A program made the translations under genes and the position numbers. A model generated the notes under the pieces. It saw only the letters and a program-made list of their open reading frames with translations, made no database searches and was not told where the DNA came from. Positions 1-9,523 of a DNA stretch of 61,454 nucleotides are shown one piece after another; the first letter of the stretch is position 1, and each line of letters opens with the position of its first letter. This DNA is from a bacterium (lineage in GTDB: Bacteria > SZUA-182 > DTGQ01 > JAFGSM01), in the NCBI GenBank assembly GCA_049472355.1, contig JBLIRP010000009.1, positions 1-61,454 on the forward strand, given 5' to 3'.

Positions 1-1
1 T

Positions 2-688
2 GCAAAGGATTATCTGGAGCACCTGGAGGAGCGGGTGGAGCCCTGGAGCTTTATGAAGCTCCTCTACCTGAAAAAGGTGGGATGGAAGGGATTCGTGGAT
101 GGAAAGGAGAGCGGGATCTACCGGGTTGCCCCGCTTGCCCGCTTGAATGTCGCATCCGGCATGGCTACGCCCCTGGCACAGGCGGAATACGAGCGCATGT
201 ATGACACCCTGGGGGGGAAACCCGCGCACAGCACCCTCGCCTACCACTGGGCACGGCTCATCGAGGTGCTCTATGCCGCGGAGAGGATGGATGAGCTGGT
301 GAGGGATCCGGAGATTACCGATCCGAAGGTAAGGAATATCCCCGAGCAGACCCCGGTCGAAGGGATGGCTGCCGTGGAGGCGCCCAGGGGAACCCTGTTT
401 CATCACTATACCACCGACGAGCGGGGGATCATTCAGAAGGCGAACCTGCTCGTTGCCACCCAGAACAACGGGGCGGCGATATGCATGTCCGTTGAAAAGA
501 CGGCCCGGGGGCTTATCAAGGATGGGGAGGTTTCGGAGGGTTTTCTCAATATGATCGAGATGGCCTTCCGGGCCTATGATCCATGCCTTGCCTGCGCCAC
601 TCACAGCCTGCTGGGAGAGATGCCCCTGAAGGTAGGTATCTATGACAGGGCAGGTAATCTGATCCGGATGGTTGGGAGGGATTCATGA
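2..688 (+). CDS. mvhA: [NiFe]-hydrogenase large subunit, C-terminal part (group 3c MvhA-like); 5' truncated by window edge
   Basis: Frame is open from position 2. Motifs RVAPLARLN, EAPRGTLFHHY and the L2 motif RAYDPCLACATH, followed by a cleavable C-terminal tail. Confidence 0.85.
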   Translation, partial: AKDYLEHLEERVEPWSFMKLLYLKKVGWKGFVDGKESGIYRVAPLARLNVASGMATPLAQAEYERMYDTLGGKPAHSTLAYHWARLIEVLYAAERMDELVRDPEITDPKVRNIPEQTPVEGMAAVEAPRGTLFHHYTTDERGIIQKANLLVATQNNGAAICMSVEKTARGLIKDGEVSEGFLNMIEMAFRAYDPCLACATHSLLGEMPLKVGIYDRAGNLIRMVGRDS

Positions 689-809
689 ATGAGAATCCCT
701 TGCCCACGAGGTATCGAGCGATTACAAAAACCCGATACGGGGGTTGAATTTTGGAAGAGGTTGTCATGGTTGGAGCCTGGAAATTCAATACGGGGTACTC
801 GTTGCATTT

Positions 810-1358
810 ATGAAGAGCTTATTGATTTTGGGCATAGGGAATCCCATCCGGGGGGATGACGGCGTGGGTATTGCGGCGGCGGCGAGGCTGAGGGATCGTA
901 TTGCGTGCGAAGCAGCGGATATCGGGGAGACCTCGGAGGGGGGATTCGCCCTCTTGTCTCTCATCAGCGGTTATGAAGCGGTCATCATGGTGGACGCCAT
1001 TCGGACACGGGAGGGGAGGCCGGGCGACGTGCATCGATTTTCACGGGAAGATCTCGGATGTCTTCAGACAGTGGAGGTCACCCATAATGCGGGGATCCCC
1101 GCCGTCTTGACGTGGGCGGAACACATGGGGATCCCGCTGCCCACCAGAATGATTGTCTATGCCATAGAAATCGAGGGCGGGGACACCTTCTGCGAAGGGC
1201 TCTCCCATGAGGTGGAGAATGCAATCCCGAGGGTCGTGGCATTGATCGAGAAGGATATTGATGCGATGCTGAGCCAACCCGGTCGGGGGTCTTTATTCAA
1301 ACCATATGTTAAGGAGGGGAAACAATGGCGGTTCAAACACTTGATGCGCGCGGTCTGA
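810..1358 (+). CDS. Hydrogenase maturation protease (HyaD/HycI family)
   Basis: LILGIGNPIRGDDGVG, VDAI and THN motifs; directly follows the hydrogenase large subunit; start set at ATG 810. Confidence 0.88.
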   Translation: MKSLLILGIGNPIRGDDGVGIAAAARLRDRIACEAADIGETSEGGFALLSLISGYEAVIMVDAIRTREGRPGDVHRFSREDLGCLQTVEVTHNAGIPAVLTWAEHMGIPLPTRMIVYAIEIEGGDTFCEGLSHEVENAIPRVVALIEKDIDAMLSQPGRGSLFKPYVKEGKQWRFKHLMRAV

Positions 1359-1549
1359 AATGCCCTCAACCGGTCCTCAGGGTTGCCGCAAAGGCCCGGG
1401 AGATGAAGGGCGGGGACATCCTCGAGGTTTCGGGTGACTGCGCGACATTCGAGCAGGATATCCGTAACTGGGCGGAGAGAAACAGCAAGGTCATCCTTTC
1501 CGTCAAAAAGGATGGCGGCACCGCGCTCAGGATCCAGGTGCAGTTTTAG
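1325..1549 (+). CDS. tusA: TusA/SirA-family sulfur carrier protein
   Basis: 74 aa; LDARGLKCPQPVL contains the CPxP motif; SD AAGGAGG upstream. Confidence 0.88.
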   Translation: MAVQTLDARGLKCPQPVLRVAAKAREMKGGDILEVSGDCATFEQDIRNWAERNSKVILSVKKDGGTALRIQVQF

Positions 1550-1604
1550 CCGCGAGGTATTTGCCGTTACGTTTTAATCACAGAATATCATCTTCGGGGA
1601 TCAT

Positions 1605-1640
1605 GGGAGGGATCCGAAGTATCCGGCCATGATCCCTCCC
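1605..1640. terminator. Hairpin between convergent tusA and HD genes (possible terminator)
   Basis: Perfect 10-bp inverted repeat GGGAGGGATC...GATCCCTCCC; no clear U-tract. Confidence 0.3.
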
Positions 1641-1665
1641 GCATCCTCACGCACACCCGAATCGG

Positions 1666-2247
1666 TTATCGATTCTTACCCCCATTGACCCACCATTCGT
1701 CATCCTTGTCCTGGAACCACCAGTCCATGGTATTGGTCTCCAGGATCGCCTCGACCAGGGTGCGTCCGATAGCCGTGCGTATCCGCTTTTGGGCATTTCG
1801 AATCCAATCCGCCGCATGAGGGCTCCCCAGATCCATGCATTCCTTTAATTGGAGAATGTGCTCGATCTGGTCGGCATCATTTGCCAGTTGCGCCTCTCTG
1901 GTGCATCCCTCGTTGAATTCCTTCGACAACGCCGTTATCTCCGGACCAAAGGACAAATCCGCGGCAAGGTCACGGGTTGCCTTCTCCTCATCCACGGTTA
2001 CGTACCGTTTATGGACATAGTTGTGGTCACCCGTTCGCGCCTCAGCGAGATCGTGGACCAGACACATCTTGATGAGCTTGCATTCATCGGCCTGCGGGTC
2101 GAGTTTCGCCATTACATAGCCGATGGACGTCATTCTCATGACGTGCTCCGCAACCGACTCCTCCCCCGACCCCAGGAAAAAATAGCCGCTTCGGGGGGTC
2201 TTTTTGAGCATGCCGATCTCGAAGAGGAAATTGACAATGGATTTCAT
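1666..2247 (-). CDS. HD-domain phosphohydrolase (YfbR/HD_3-like)
   Basis: LKKTPRSG, ESVAEH, LVHDLAEARTGD and DAD motifs. Confidence 0.85.
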   Translation of the reverse strand: MKSIVNFLFEIGMLKKTPRSGYFFLGSGEESVAEHVMRMTSIGYVMAKLDPQADECKLIKMCLVHDLAEARTGDHNYVHKRYVTVDEEKATRDLAADLSFGPEITALSKEFNEGCTREAQLANDADQIEHILQLKECMDLGSPHAADWIRNAQKRIRTAIGRTLVEAILETNTMDWWFQDKDDEWWVNGGKNR

Positions 2248-2357
2248 TGGGGGCCCCCTTTTGTTTTATTTTGCCATGATGAACCAGAGGGATTCGTGGA
2301 TTAATGTACCATTATTGTAACAGGTTTACCATCCATGCGAAATATGATAAGGATTTC

Positions 2358-2386
2358 TTGACAAAAATAAAACGCTGTGTTATTTT
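2358..2386 (+). promoter_or_regulatory. Sigma70-type promoter for the IclR gene
   Basis: TTGACA (2358-2363), 17-nt spacer, TATTTT (2381-2386) preceded by an extended -10 TG. Confidence 0.6.
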
Positions 2387-2426
2387 CAATGGGTGCACCA
2401 ACCAGCTTTCTCAAAGGACAAACGTC

Positions 2427-3221
2427 ATGGTCGGGAAGATGATCAAAAAGGACGCCTCCGAATATATAGTGCATTCTGTTTCGCATGCCATGGACATACT
2501 CGAGAGCTTTTTGGGGGATGATGCAGAACAGGGTGTTACCACCCTCAGCATGAAGCTGAAATTGCCTAAGAACAACATATTCCGCCTTCTTTCCACGCTC
2601 CAGTGCCGGGGGTATGTGGAGCAGAACGAGAATACCGGCAATTACCGGCTGGGAATGAAGACATTCGAGCTGGGACAGGCATTTCTGCGGCGCATGGGAT
2701 TGGTGAATCAGGCGCATTCGATCCTCGACCACCTGGTGCTTCAGACCTCTGAAACCTCCTACCTCTCCGTGTACGAGGATGGAGAGGTCATATACGTAGA
2801 CATGGTGGAAACAAAGCATCCGGTAAGGATCATCCCCATGATCGGTAAACGGGTGCCCGCGCATTGCACTGCCGTGGGCAAGGTGCAACTGGCGTATAAA
2901 TCCCGGGAGGAGATCAAGAGGATTATCAAGGAGAGGGGGCTCAAGCCGTACACACCCAATACCATGATCGATGAGGATGCGTTCCTGGCGCATCTGGAAG
3001 AGGTGGGCCGAAACGGCTACGCCATCGACAATGAGGAGTACGAAGAAGAGGTCAGATGCGTTGCCTGCCCTGTATGGGATTATACAAACAGTGTGGTGGC
3101 GGGGGTCACCATATCGGGGCCCACGCTCAGGATGCCCGAAGAGCGCATAAAGGACACCCTCATCCCTATTCTCAAGCAGGCTGCCTTGGAAATTTCTCAC
3201 CGTTTGGGTTACCATATTTAG
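2427..3221 (+). CDS. IclR-family transcriptional regulator
   Basis: N-terminal HTH (GVTTLSMKLKLPKNNIFRLLSTL) plus PAHCTAVGKVQLA and GYAIDNEEYEEEVRCVACP; alternative start 2439. Confidence 0.9.
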   Translation: MVGKMIKKDASEYIVHSVSHAMDILESFLGDDAEQGVTTLSMKLKLPKNNIFRLLSTLQCRGYVEQNENTGNYRLGMKTFELGQAFLRRMGLVNQAHSILDHLVLQTSETSYLSVYEDGEVIYVDMVETKHPVRIIPMIGKRVPAHCTAVGKVQLAYKSREEIKRIIKERGLKPYTPNTMIDEDAFLAHLEEVGRNGYAIDNEEYEEEVRCVACPVWDYTNSVVAGVTISGPTLRMPEERIKDTLIPILKQAALEISHRLGYHI

Positions 3222-3503
3222 ATGCCGAGATGAGGAATGAATGGTACGATTCACAGCGGGATAGTTATGGTGACGCTGCCAAGGGGGACATTTCTTCATG
3301 GGTCTGGTCAATGAGGCGGAAGGGCGAGATAGTGGCGCAGTACTACATAACGATGCAGAAGGCATTCCCTGCTGCTGAGGTCCATCCGGTACACGAGATA
3401 CGCTCCTGATTGTCAATGAAGGGGCCGGAGACATTTGCTGGTGACGAGACCTTTGTGGCGTATGGAATGTCTGTTTAATCATGTATAAGGTTTGAGGATT
3501 ACC

Positions 3504-4283
3504 ATGAAGATAGCGGTATCGGGAAAGGGCGGCGTAGGCAAGACCACATTCAGCGCCCTTTTGGCATTGGGTCTCTCCCGGCGTGGGATCAAGGTGATTG
3601 CCGTGGATGCGGACCCTGACGCCAACCTGGCCGCCTCCCTTGGAGTGCCCGCCGACCGTATCGCACAGGCACGGCCGCTCACCGAGATGAATGACCTGAT
3701 CGAGGAGCGGACCGGCGCCAAGCCGGGTGAGCGTGGGGGATTCTTCAAGCTCAACCCCTATGTGGATGACATTCCGGAACGGTTCGGCCTCACGGTCGAG
3801 AATGTGCTCGTCCTGACCCTCGGCAGGTGCAAGAGGGGAGGGTCCGGCTGCTATTGCGCAGAGAACGTCATGATCAAGCGGCTCATCGAGCACCTTCTTC
3901 TGAGAGAGGGTGAGGCGCTGGTGATCGATATGGAGGCGGGGATCGAGCACCTGAGCAGGGGCACCGCCTCCTCCGTGGGGGCGCTCATCACGGTTGTCGA
4001 ACCCGGGATGAGGAGCGTGGAGACCGCCCACAGGGTGGAGGGCCTGGCCAAGGACCTGGGCATTCCCCGTCATTTGGTGGTGGGGAACAAGGTCAAGGGG
4101 GATGAAGATCGGGAATTCCTTAATGCGCAGCTTTCCGGGTACGAATTCCTGGGATTCGTGCCCTTTGATACCAGGCTGATGGATGCCGACCGTGAAGGAA
4201 GGTCGCCCTTTATGCGGTCACCCGAGGTCATGGCACAGATGGAGGATATCATTACGCGCCTGATGAACACAACAAAGACGTGA
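3504..4283 (+). CDS. cooC: CO dehydrogenase/ACS nickel-insertion ATPase (CooC/AcsF)
   Basis: GKGGVGKT P-loop, DADPDANL, GSGCYC and DMEAGIEHLSRG. Confidence 0.92.
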   Translation: MKIAVSGKGGVGKTTFSALLALGLSRRGIKVIAVDADPDANLAASLGVPADRIAQARPLTEMNDLIEERTGAKPGERGGFFKLNPYVDDIPERFGLTVENVLVLTLGRCKRGGSGCYCAENVMIKRLIEHLLLREGEALVIDMEAGIEHLSRGTASSVGALITVVEPGMRSVETAHRVEGLAKDLGIPRHLVVGNKVKGDEDREFLNAQLSGYEFLGFVPFDTRLMDADREGRSPFMRSPEVMAQMEDIITRLMNTTKT

Positions 4284-4288
4284 GCTGA

Positions 4289-4840
4289 ATGGACCTTGAA
4301 AAGATAGAAACGGGAATCGAAATGGTGCTCGAAGGTCTCGGGATAAAGGGACGTCCCGGGGTTCTGGAGACCCCCCGCCGGGTGGCCCTGCTCTACAAGG
4401 AGATCTTCACTGGACTGGAGACGGACCCGAGCCAGATCATCACCCCAATCAAGGGGGAGAGCTACGACGAGATGGTTCTGGTGAGGAATATCCCCTTTTA
4501 TTCCATGTGCGAGCATCACTTGCTTCCCTTTATCGGCGAAGCCAATATTGCCTACATCCCCAGCAAGGGGAATATCGTCGGCATAAGCAAGCTTGCACGC
4601 GCGCTGGAGGTGCTGGCCAGCAGGCCCCAGGTCCAGGAGCGCCTGACAACGGAACTTGTCGATCTGATTACCAACAGCATCAAACCCCTTGGGGCCATGG
4701 TGGTTATCAAGGCCGAGCACCTGTGTATGTCCATGCGCGGGGTAAAGAAGCCCCACGCCCATGTCATTACCTCTGCGGTCAGGGGCGCCTTTCGGACCAA
4801 TGAAACCACAAGGGCTGAGATGCTCGAGCTGCTGAAATAG
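4289..4840 (+). CDS. folE: GTP cyclohydrolase I
   Basis: ETPRRVA, SMCEHHLLPF, GISKLAR, RPQVQERLT and HLCMSMRGV. Confidence 0.95.
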   Translation: MDLEKIETGIEMVLEGLGIKGRPGVLETPRRVALLYKEIFTGLETDPSQIITPIKGESYDEMVLVRNIPFYSMCEHHLLPFIGEANIAYIPSKGNIVGISKLARALEVLASRPQVQERLTTELVDLITNSIKPLGAMVVIKAEHLCMSMRGVKKPHAHVITSAVRGAFRTNETTRAEMLELLK

Positions 4841-4841
4841 T

Positions 4842-5234
4842 ATGAGCGCCCCTGAAGATCTCTTATACTCCGTTGATCATCTCTGGGTAAGGGTTGAGGA
4901 GGACCGGGCAACGGTCGGGATGGCTGAGGCCGCACTCCGCGATATGGGAGAGATCCTCCTGGTGGATCTCCCGGAGGTTGGTGTACAGATCAAGGAAGGG
5001 GAACGGTGCGCTGTGGTGGAGAGCGCAAAGGCAATCACCGATATCATGGCTCCCCTTTCCGGGAAGGTGGTGGCGGTCAACCAGCCCCTGGAAAAGAGAT
5101 CCCAGACGATCAACAAGGATCCCTTCGGAGAGGGGTGGCTTGTGGTGTTTCACATAGATCCCGCCGCGCTTCCGGGTCGCCTTATGGACATTCGGCAGTA
5201 TCAGGAACATTTAGAAAAAGAGGGGGCTCGGTGA
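4842..5234 (+). CDS. gcvH: Glycine cleavage system H (lipoyl carrier) protein
   Basis: LLYSVDHLWV, VESAKA with the lipoyl-Lys retained, INKDPFGEGWL. Confidence 0.88.
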   Translation: MSAPEDLLYSVDHLWVRVEEDRATVGMAEAALRDMGEILLVDLPEVGVQIKEGERCAVVESAKAITDIMAPLSGKVVAVNQPLEKRSQTINKDPFGEGWLVVFHIDPAALPGRLMDIRQYQEHLEKEGAR

Positions 5235-5246
5235 GCCCGGAAGTCT

Positions 5247-5900
5247 GTGATCATATCCAGGCAAAAATCGTTAGATCAAATCATTGATGCCCTTGCGGGA
5301 TATCAGAGGCTCTTCCTTGCGGGATGCAGCCTGTGCGCAACCCTTTGTCAGTCGGGCGGGGAACAGGAAATCCTCATCATGAAGAAGGACCTGGAGGCCG
5401 CCGGAAAGCAGGTGGTCGGCTACGTGGTTGTGGAGGCCGCCTGCCATCTATTGGAGACCAAAAAGGCATTCGGCGAGATCGAGGAGACGCTGGAGACCGC
5501 CGACGCGATCCTCTCCCTCGGATGCGGTGCAGGCTCGCAAACCCTCGCCTCCTTCCTGGAAAAGCCGGTATTTACCGCCGTTGACACCCTGTTTCTGGGA
5601 TCCATTGAACGATGGGGCAGGTTCTCCGAGGTATGTGCCATGTGCGGGGAGTGCATGTTGAATCTGACCGGCGGCGTCTGTCCGATAACCCGGTGTCCGA
5701 AGGGGCTTCTCAATGGTCCCTGCGGGGGTATGAACCGGGGAAAATGCGAGAGCGATCCGGAGCGGGAGTGTGCATGGGTCTCCATATACACCATGCTGAA
5801 ACGTCAAAACAGGTTGGAGGCAATGCGTCGCATCATCCCTCCCCGGGACCATTCTATCGGTCAGAGGCCCGGCATGCTGATCCTGAAGAGGGAGAAATGA
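5247..5900 (+). CDS. metV: Methylene-THF reductase small Fe-S/Zn subunit MetV
   Basis: GCSLCATLCQSGG, CGAG and CAMCGEC...CPITRCPKGLLNGPCGG; directly upstream of metF. Confidence 0.88.
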   Translation: MIISRQKSLDQIIDALAGYQRLFLAGCSLCATLCQSGGEQEILIMKKDLEAAGKQVVGYVVVEAACHLLETKKAFGEIEETLETADAILSLGCGAGSQTLASFLEKPVFTAVDTLFLGSIERWGRFSEVCAMCGECMLNLTGGVCPITRCPKGLLNGPCGGMNRGKCESDPERECAWVSIYTMLKRQNRLEAMRRIIPPRDHSIGQRPGMLILKREK

Positions 5901-5962
5901 TAGTGAGCACATATGGACATGATTCAGGCGGCATGGATCATCATGGATGAAGCAGCAACCGG

Positions 5963-6868
5963 ATGGTGAAGGGAACGGAAACATTCAGAGATGCCCTGGC
6001 ATCGAAGGGATTTGTGATCACCGCGGAGGTGGGCCCCCCCAAGGGCACGAACACGCAGTCGTTCCGTGGGCATGTTTCCATGCTCAAGGGACTGGTGGAC
6101 GGGATCAATGTCACCGACAACCAGAAATCGGTCATGCGCTATTCATCCCTGGGCGGGTGCCTCCTTATCAGGGAAGCAGGGGAGAGGCCCATTCTTCAGA
6201 TGACCTGCAGGGACAGAAACCGGCTGGCCCTGGGCGCCGATCTGCTCGTTGCCGCATCCCGGGGCATCGACACGGTTCTTTGTCTGACCGGAGACTCCAT
6301 TACCTCGGGTGACCAGCCCCAGGCAAAACAGGTATTCGACCTTGATTCGGTGCAATTGATTCACATGATAAGGGAATTCGAGAAGGGCCGGGACCTGGGC
6401 GGGAATGCCCTTGAGGAGACGGATTCATGGTGTGTGGGGGCGACGGTGACCCCGGAGGCAGACCCCATAGAACCCCAGCTTATGAAGTTTGAGAAGAAGA
6501 TTGAGGCAGGGGCGGAGTTCTTTCAAACCCAGGCAATATACGATCTGGATAATTTCAGGCGGTTTATGAAGTATGCGCGGGGATTTCCGGTGAAGGTGCT
6601 TGCCGGGATCGTGCTTCTCACCTCTCCCGCTATGGCGAACTATATGAACAGCAAAGTGCCGGGCGTTTTTGTACCGCAAGGGCTCATCGATGAGCTGACA
6701 GCGGCGCCCAAAGGGGAACGCCTTGCCGCCGGCATACGGATCGCCGTACGGATGATACGCACCATCAGGCAGGAAGGGCTTTGCGACGGGGTCCATATCA
6801 TGGCCATCGGCAGGGATGCGGTGATACCGGAAATTATAAGACTGACAGGTGACGCGGCATGTCCATGA
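5963..6868 (+). CDS. metF: Methylenetetrahydrofolate reductase
   Basis: TAEVGPPKG, NVTDNQ, QMTCRDRNRLAL, LTGD, KIEAGAEFFQTQ and GVHIM. Confidence 0.93.
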   Translation: MVKGTETFRDALASKGFVITAEVGPPKGTNTQSFRGHVSMLKGLVDGINVTDNQKSVMRYSSLGGCLLIREAGERPILQMTCRDRNRLALGADLLVAASRGIDTVLCLTGDSITSGDQPQAKQVFDLDSVQLIHMIREFEKGRDLGGNALEETDSWCVGATVTPEADPIEPQLMKFEKKIEAGAEFFQTQAIYDLDNFRRFMKYARGFPVKVLAGIVLLTSPAMANYMNSKVPGVFVPQGLIDELTAAPKGERLAAGIRIAVRMIRTIRQEGLCDGVHIMAIGRDAVIPEIIRLTGDAACP

Positions 6869-7638
6869 CCATAGCGCTGGCAGGGAAAGGGGGCACCGGG
6901 AAAACCACCCTGGCCAGCCTGATCATACGATACCTGAGGGAAGGGGGGAAAACCCCGGTGCTGGCGGTGGACGCGGATGCGAATGCAAACCTCCACGAGG
7001 CCCTCGGGGTGGAGATCGGGGAAACCATCGGCCACTTGCGGGAAAAGGCCCTCGAAAACATCAAGGACCTCCCGGTGGGGGTAACCAAGGACCAGTATAT
7101 AGAATACAAGATACACGAGACGCTGGTGGAAGGCGAGGGCTTCGACCTGATGACCATGGGCCGCCCCGAGGGGCCCGGGTGTTACTGTTACGCCAATCAC
7201 CTCATCCGGAAATACTCCGAACGGATCGGTCTCGGGTATCCCTATGTAGTGATGGACAACGAGGCGGGGCTCGAACACCTGAGCAGGAGGACGACCAACG
7301 ATGTGGACCATCTTCTGGTCACCTCCGACCCTACGCAGCGGGGCCTGCGCACGGTCAAGCGGATACTGGATATCTGCGAGGAGCTGAAGCTTCAGATCAA
7401 GCACCGGGGATTGATCTTGAACCGTGTGCCCGGTGACGGTCAGGGCGGGGCGGCCTGGCCCGGCCTGGGCGAGCTTGCCGGCACGATAGCGGGGCTCGGT
7501 GTCGAACTGCTCGGCTCCATCCCCAATGATCCGCTGGTGGAGGAGTTCGACCGGCAGGGAAGGCCCTTGATCGATCTCCCCCTGGATTGTGCCGCGTACA
7601 GGGCGGTTGACCGGATCATGGGCCCGCTGGGAATCTAA
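6859..7638 (+). CDS. cooC: Second CooC/AcsF nickel-insertion ATPase
   Basis: GKGGTGKT, DADANANL, GPGCYC and DNEAGLEHLSR. Confidence 0.9.
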   Translation: MSMTIALAGKGGTGKTTLASLIIRYLREGGKTPVLAVDADANANLHEALGVEIGETIGHLREKALENIKDLPVGVTKDQYIEYKIHETLVEGEGFDLMTMGRPEGPGCYCYANHLIRKYSERIGLGYPYVVMDNEAGLEHLSRRTTNDVDHLLVTSDPTQRGLRTVKRILDICEELKLQIKHRGLILNRVPGDGQGGAAWPGLGELAGTIAGLGVELLGSIPNDPLVEEFDRQGRPLIDLPLDCAAYRAVDRIMGPLGI

Positions 7639-7665
7639 TGCGTATAGAAAGTGAAGGGAGGAACT

Positions 7666-8448
7666 ATGCTCATCATTGGTGAAAGGATCAATGTGAGGAC
7701 GAAGGTCCTTGGTGAGGCAATGCGGAACAGGGATTTCGGTCCCATCAAGGAGATGGCCCTCAAACAGGTCCAGGCGGGGGCGCACACCCTCGACATAAAC
7801 ATCGGGCCTGCCCGCAAGGACGGCCCGGAACTCATGGAATGGATGGTTACCAACCTGCAGAAGGTGGTGGATTGTCCCCTCTGCCTGGATACCACCAATC
7901 CGGATGCCATGGAGGCGGGGTTGAAGGTGCACAAGGGGCAGGCGATCATCAACTCGACCTCTGCCGAGCCCGAGAGGCTGGCGGCCTTTATGCCCCTGGC
8001 AGCCAGGTACGATGCCCAGATCATCGCCCTGACCCTGGCAAAGGGAGGGCTCCCCCGGGACGCGGCGGAACGGTGTGCGCTCGCTGCGGAGATCATGTCC
8101 GCGGCAGCCGAACACGGGGTGCCTTTCGAAAACATCTATCTCGATCCCATCGTGGTGCCGATCAACGGGCAGCAGGAGCAGATACCCGAGATCCTCGAAT
8201 CGGTGAAGATGTTCAAGGAACTGAACGACCCGCCAATGAAGAGCGTGGTTGGCCTGAGCAATGTATCGAACAGTTGCCCTGAGGAGTTGCGCCCTCTCCT
8301 GAACCATACCTTTGCCACCATGCTCATCACGGTCGGGCTCGATGCCGCCATCATCGACCCCCTGGACCGGGAGATGATCAAGGCGGTAAAGACCACCGAT
8401 TCCCTGCTTAACCGGACCCTTTATTGTCATTCCTATTTGGATACTTGA
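7666..8448 (+). CDS. acsE: Methyl-THF:corrinoid Fe-S protein methyltransferase
   Basis: MLIIGERIN, LDINIG, IINST and GLSNVS pterin-binding motifs; SD GGAGG; acs context. Confidence 0.92.
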   Translation: MLIIGERINVRTKVLGEAMRNRDFGPIKEMALKQVQAGAHTLDINIGPARKDGPELMEWMVTNLQKVVDCPLCLDTTNPDAMEAGLKVHKGQAIINSTSAEPERLAAFMPLAARYDAQIIALTLAKGGLPRDAAERCALAAEIMSAAAEHGVPFENIYLDPIVVPINGQQEQIPEILESVKMFKELNDPPMKSVVGLSNVSNSCPEELRPLLNHTFATMLITVGLDAAIIDPLDREMIKAVKTTDSLLNRTLYCHSYLDT

Positions 8449-8465
8449 GAGTGGAGGACACGACC

Positions 8466-9407
8466 ATGGCATTTGTGGTACCGAAAGAGACATATAACGG
8501 AAGGATCAACCAGGTGACCGTAGGTCGGGACGGCACAACGGTACAGATGGGAGGGGCTGAGGTGCTTCCATTCCTCGCGTTCGAAGGGAAGGTGAGCCCT
8601 TCCGTCCCTATCGCCCTTGAAATAATGGATATCGTTCCGGATGACTGGCCTGCTGAGCTGATGGGATTGTACAAAGGGGTAATCGAGGACCCTGCGAAGT
8701 GGGCGCGTTTCTGCCAGGATGAGTTCAAACCGGACATGATCTGCCTGCGCCTCCTCGGCACCCATCCCGACCGGGGCGACCGGACCCCGGAAGAGGCCAG
8801 AAAGACCGTGGAGGCGGTGCTGGGGGCCATCGACATCCCCCTGATGGTGTTTGGAAGCAACAGTGTGGAGAAGGATGCGGAGGTCGTCAAGGTGTGCGCC
8901 GAACCCCTTGCAAACACCGGTTCGGTTATCGGCAAGGCCCAGGAGAAAAACTACAAGGTCTTCGCAGCGGTGGCGAACTCCTTCCAGTTGAAACTGGTCG
9001 CACTCTCCGATCTGGACATCAATCTCTCCAAGCAGCTCAATATCCTCCTGACCCAGGCGGGCTTCGACGCCTCGAACATCATCATCGATGCGATGCCGAG
9101 CACGCTCGGATACGGGCTGGAATATACCTACTCGGTAATGGAGCGTATCCGCCTGGCATCGCTGCAGCAGAATGACACCATGATGCAGATGCCCATGATC
9201 GCCGATGTGGGCGAGGTCACCTGGAAGGTCAAGGAGACACGGGCATCCCTGGAGGAGCAGCCTGCGTGGGGAGACCCCGGAAGAAGGGGGGTCATATGGG
9301 AGACCACCACCGCCCTGGCATTCCTGATGGCTGGGGGTGACCTGGTGGTGGTGCGCCACCCGAGGACACTGAAGACCCTGAAAAACGCCCTTGCCGATCT
9401 TGCTTGA
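8466..9407 (+). CDS. acsD: Corrinoid Fe-S protein small subunit
   Basis: DINLSKQLNILL and LGYGLEYTYSVMERIRLASL. Confidence 0.93.
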   Translation: MAFVVPKETYNGRINQVTVGRDGTTVQMGGAEVLPFLAFEGKVSPSVPIALEIMDIVPDDWPAELMGLYKGVIEDPAKWARFCQDEFKPDMICLRLLGTHPDRGDRTPEEARKTVEAVLGAIDIPLMVFGSNSVEKDAEVVKVCAEPLANTGSVIGKAQEKNYKVFAAVANSFQLKLVALSDLDINLSKQLNILLTQAGFDASNIIIDAMPSTLGYGLEYTYSVMERIRLASLQQNDTMMQMPMIADVGEVTWKVKETRASLEEQPAWGDPGRRGVIWETTTALAFLMAGGDLVVVRHPRTLKTLKNALADLA

Positions 9408-9523
9408 ATGGACGGCAATAAGCGTGTGATGGATGAATGCGTGCGGGTGACCTCGGCCGGGATACACTCCACATGATTCGTATCCCCGCGGGTGAGGCCC
9501 CATAATCGAGAAGGAGACAAACG

